A stretch of 64,000 bases of DNA from Felis catus (lineage: Eukaryota), in NCBI RefSeq assembly GCF_018350175.1, contig NC_058368.1, forward strand, positions 213,592,001-213,656,000. Direction: 5' to 3'. The notes under the pieces are model-generated. The model was not told the DNA's origin. It saw only the letters and a list, made by a program, of their open reading frames with translations, and searched no databases. Position 1 is the stretch's first letter. Every line of letters begins with the position of its first letter. Both the position numbers and the translations under genes were made by a program. Shown in pieces: positions 61,796-64,000 of this stretch.

Positions 61796-62914
61796 TTTTA
61801 TATTTTGCTTATTGCTCATGGTGAAAGGTTGTAGAGGAAATAAAAAACAAGAAATATAAAATTTTATCTATATATAGGTAGATATATATAGATATATATA
61901 GTATATATAAAATACGTATATGTATATATTAGTTTGGATTCTATAAACTTTGACCTCCATTCTCTGTCAAAGCACTCTTGTCTTTTACTAAGATGAAAAT
62001 CTTGTTTTTAATAATTTTTACCAGTTATTTCAAGTCCTTTATCTTTGCCCAACATTTTCATTTAATTTACAGGTTTTCCCAACTTTGGTTACTCCTTATA
62101 CCATTAAGTTCAACTACTTTGACCCCTTTTTACATCCCAAGCAATTACTAAGTGTCCATATCACTGTGACAGACAACATCTTGTTTCAGTCTCCATCAGT
62201 ACATCTCCTTTTCTAGTGGGTAATGATCCATGATAAAGAAAACCAATGAAATGGACTGGGTACCGACACCCCAGAAATTGCCCCAAGAAGGCCTTCATCC
62301 CCCTTGCTTTCCCACTAAGGGAATTTCTCAAGAGGAGTAACTTCAGACTACAAACACTGAGTCTGCACTGTGCCACAACAGCTGGAGAAGCCTTGGTCAG
62401 AAAAACCAAAGAAATCTGTATGGAAGGATAAAACTTCTCCCAAAAACCTCTGAGAAACTGCCCCTCTATCTGTACAAATCAGAACATTTGGACACTGTGC
62501 AAATGTCCCCTGTAAACCCACCTAGCTTTATCCTAAAGAGATTCTAGCTTCTTCGTTTATGTGGGCGATCAAGTGCATCTGCAAGTCTTGGAAAAAAGGA
62601 TAGAGAAGAATTACAGCCAGCACTCCAGGACCTGTTTGGTGATGGGAGAATTGATGTCATGATAGAAGAATTTTGGAAGGCAGGAGGGATTTGACAGATA
62701 AGCAGGTGCCCCAAGTAGGCTAATGATTACAAAAAATAAAAAGTTGAAAAATTTAGAAGATAAACTTAACAAGTAAAATAAAGAAAGATGCCACTAGATT
62801 AAATGTATTAAGGAGGTGGTTTGGGGAGAAATTTGAACAATTAGAGTAAATCAGATTGTTGGAAAAAACCACGATGGTATCAGACAGGTAAGTTATCTTG
62901 TGATGATTAATACC

Positions 62915-63088
62915 ATTTTACTTTGGTTAAGCAGGAGGTGGTTAATAACTGGCAAGGGGTATGAGGGAGGGCTCTGAAGTGCTAGTAAAGTGCTTTTGCT
63001 TCATTTAGGTGATGGTTAATATAAAACCTCACTAGCTGAACGACTTGTGCCTTTTTCTTTATGTATGTTATACTTGGAAAAAAAAAGT
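62915..63088 (+). mobile_element. Old L1 3'UTR end
   Basis: actggcaaggggtatgaggga…ctctgaagtgct…ttttctttatgtatgttatactt followed by an A tail. Confidence 0.7.
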
Positions 63089-63089
63089 T

Positions 63090-64000
63090 TATTGGAGGAA
63101 ATACTTCTGGAATGATAGAACAAAACATCCAAAAATGTACTCCATAAAAGCAACAAGAGCACTGGGAAAAAAATGATCAACAGCAACTTTTTCAGAACTC
63201 TGGAAATTAACCTGAAGGAGCCTAAGAAGCACTTACTCAAGACAAGTGAGTGAATCTCAGTAAGCGCAGTGAGCTTTGTCTATTTTAACTTACACTATCA
63301 CCATCCCTTTCTTCCCAGCTCCACACAGCCTTGACAATCAAGAGCTTACCCCAACTGCGGTAGCTGTGGAAACAAGCAGTTTAGCTGAACAGGGTTAGGA
63401 AACGTTTCAAGGCCTGTAAAAGCCCTATCCCCAGAGGACTGTCAGTATTTGATCTGATGACTCTATGAAAATCTCCATTTTTCAGCACAGCCTTATTCCT
63501 AGGTCGTTTGTTGAAAACAATCAGTGGCAATTGTCTAACATCTGTAGCTGCCTGAGAAAATATTTGCAAGTCATATGCTTGTGTTGAGAATACATAAAGA
63601 ACACTTCTAACCACTCAATAACAACAAATAAAGCCAACTGATTTTTTTAATTTTCTTTTAATGTTTTATTTATTTTTGAGACAGAGAGAGGCAGAGCACG
63701 AAGGGGGGAGGGGCAGAGAGAGAGCAAGACACAGAATCTGAAGCAGGTTCCAGCCCCTGAGCTGTCAGCACAGAGCCCGATGTGGGGCTCGAACTCACGA
63801 ATCGTGAGACCGTGACCTGAGCTGAAGTCGGACGCTCAACCAACTGAGCCACCCAGGCGCCCCTAAAGCCAACTGATTTTTAAATGGACAACAATTTTTA
63901 AATGGACAAAGGATTTAAAGAGACATTTTCCCAAAAACACAGTGGCCAAAAGCACACAGAAAGGTGCTCAACATCATTGGTCACCAGGAAATGCAAATCG
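63090..64000 (+). mobile_element. L1 with a 5'UTR-like segment (63090-63556) joined to the ORF2 3' region, interrupted by a SINE
   Basis: 5' part caactttttcagaactctggaaattaacc…gaatctcagtaag…gttgaaaacaatcagtggcaattg resembles L1M 5' ends. From 63557, aaaatatttgcaa…cactcaata…aatggacaaaggattt…gctcaacatcatt…ggaaatgcaaatc is ORF2 3' text. Confidence 0.75.
63647..63863 (-). mobile_element. Can-SINE (SINEC_Fc)
   Basis: TSD taaagccaactgattttt (63629-63646, 63864-63881). Confidence 0.95.

Noticed and set aside
3540..63852. Recurrent ORFs with PTSAQVMIS…LEPASDSVSPSL-type peptides
   Set aside because: They are translations of Can-SINE copies, not a gene family.
63877..63910. Duplicated ttttaaatggacaa beside the SINE TSD
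   Set aside because: Trivial short tandem duplication within an L1 remnant.
1..64000. A novel multi-gene or defence-type biological system
   Set aside because: No supported coding genes, arrays or compositional sign of foreign DNA. The window is consistent with an ordinary mammalian promoter, intron and upstream region.

Overview
Mammalian nuclear DNA, almost certainly a felid (cat-like): about 24 tRNA-derived Can-SINEs of the feline SINEC_Fc type are present, many with intact target-site duplications (TSDs). I cannot support any protein-coding exon, and the ORF-track entries look like chance, repeat-derived or GC-rich artefacts. The organising feature is a CpG-island promoter at ~41.2-42.5 kb with a minus-strand, apparently non-coding first exon ending at a GAG|GTAGGA donor (41537/41536). 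On that reading, 1-41536 is part of a very long first intron and 42.5-64 kb is upstream intergenic DNA. Exon sequence and layout tentatively suggest SORBS1, but this is from memory and unverified. The rest is typical eutherian repeat content: MIR, L2, L1, HAL1, L3/CR1, ERVL/MaLR LTRs, hAT MITEs and microsatellites. Repeat family names come from recalled consensus sequences, not from a database search. I found no prokaryote-type system (no CRISPR, operon or tRNA gene) and no convincing novel biological system. The most notable oddities are an unexplained, highly diverged ~0.5 kb duplication (54.2 kb vs 62.0 kb), a poly(A)-only retroinsertion with a perfect TSD, an orphan intronic CpG patch, exactly repeated 10-12-mers in the promoter, an L1 5'UTR fused directly to the ORF2 3' end, and antisense exon-like segments.
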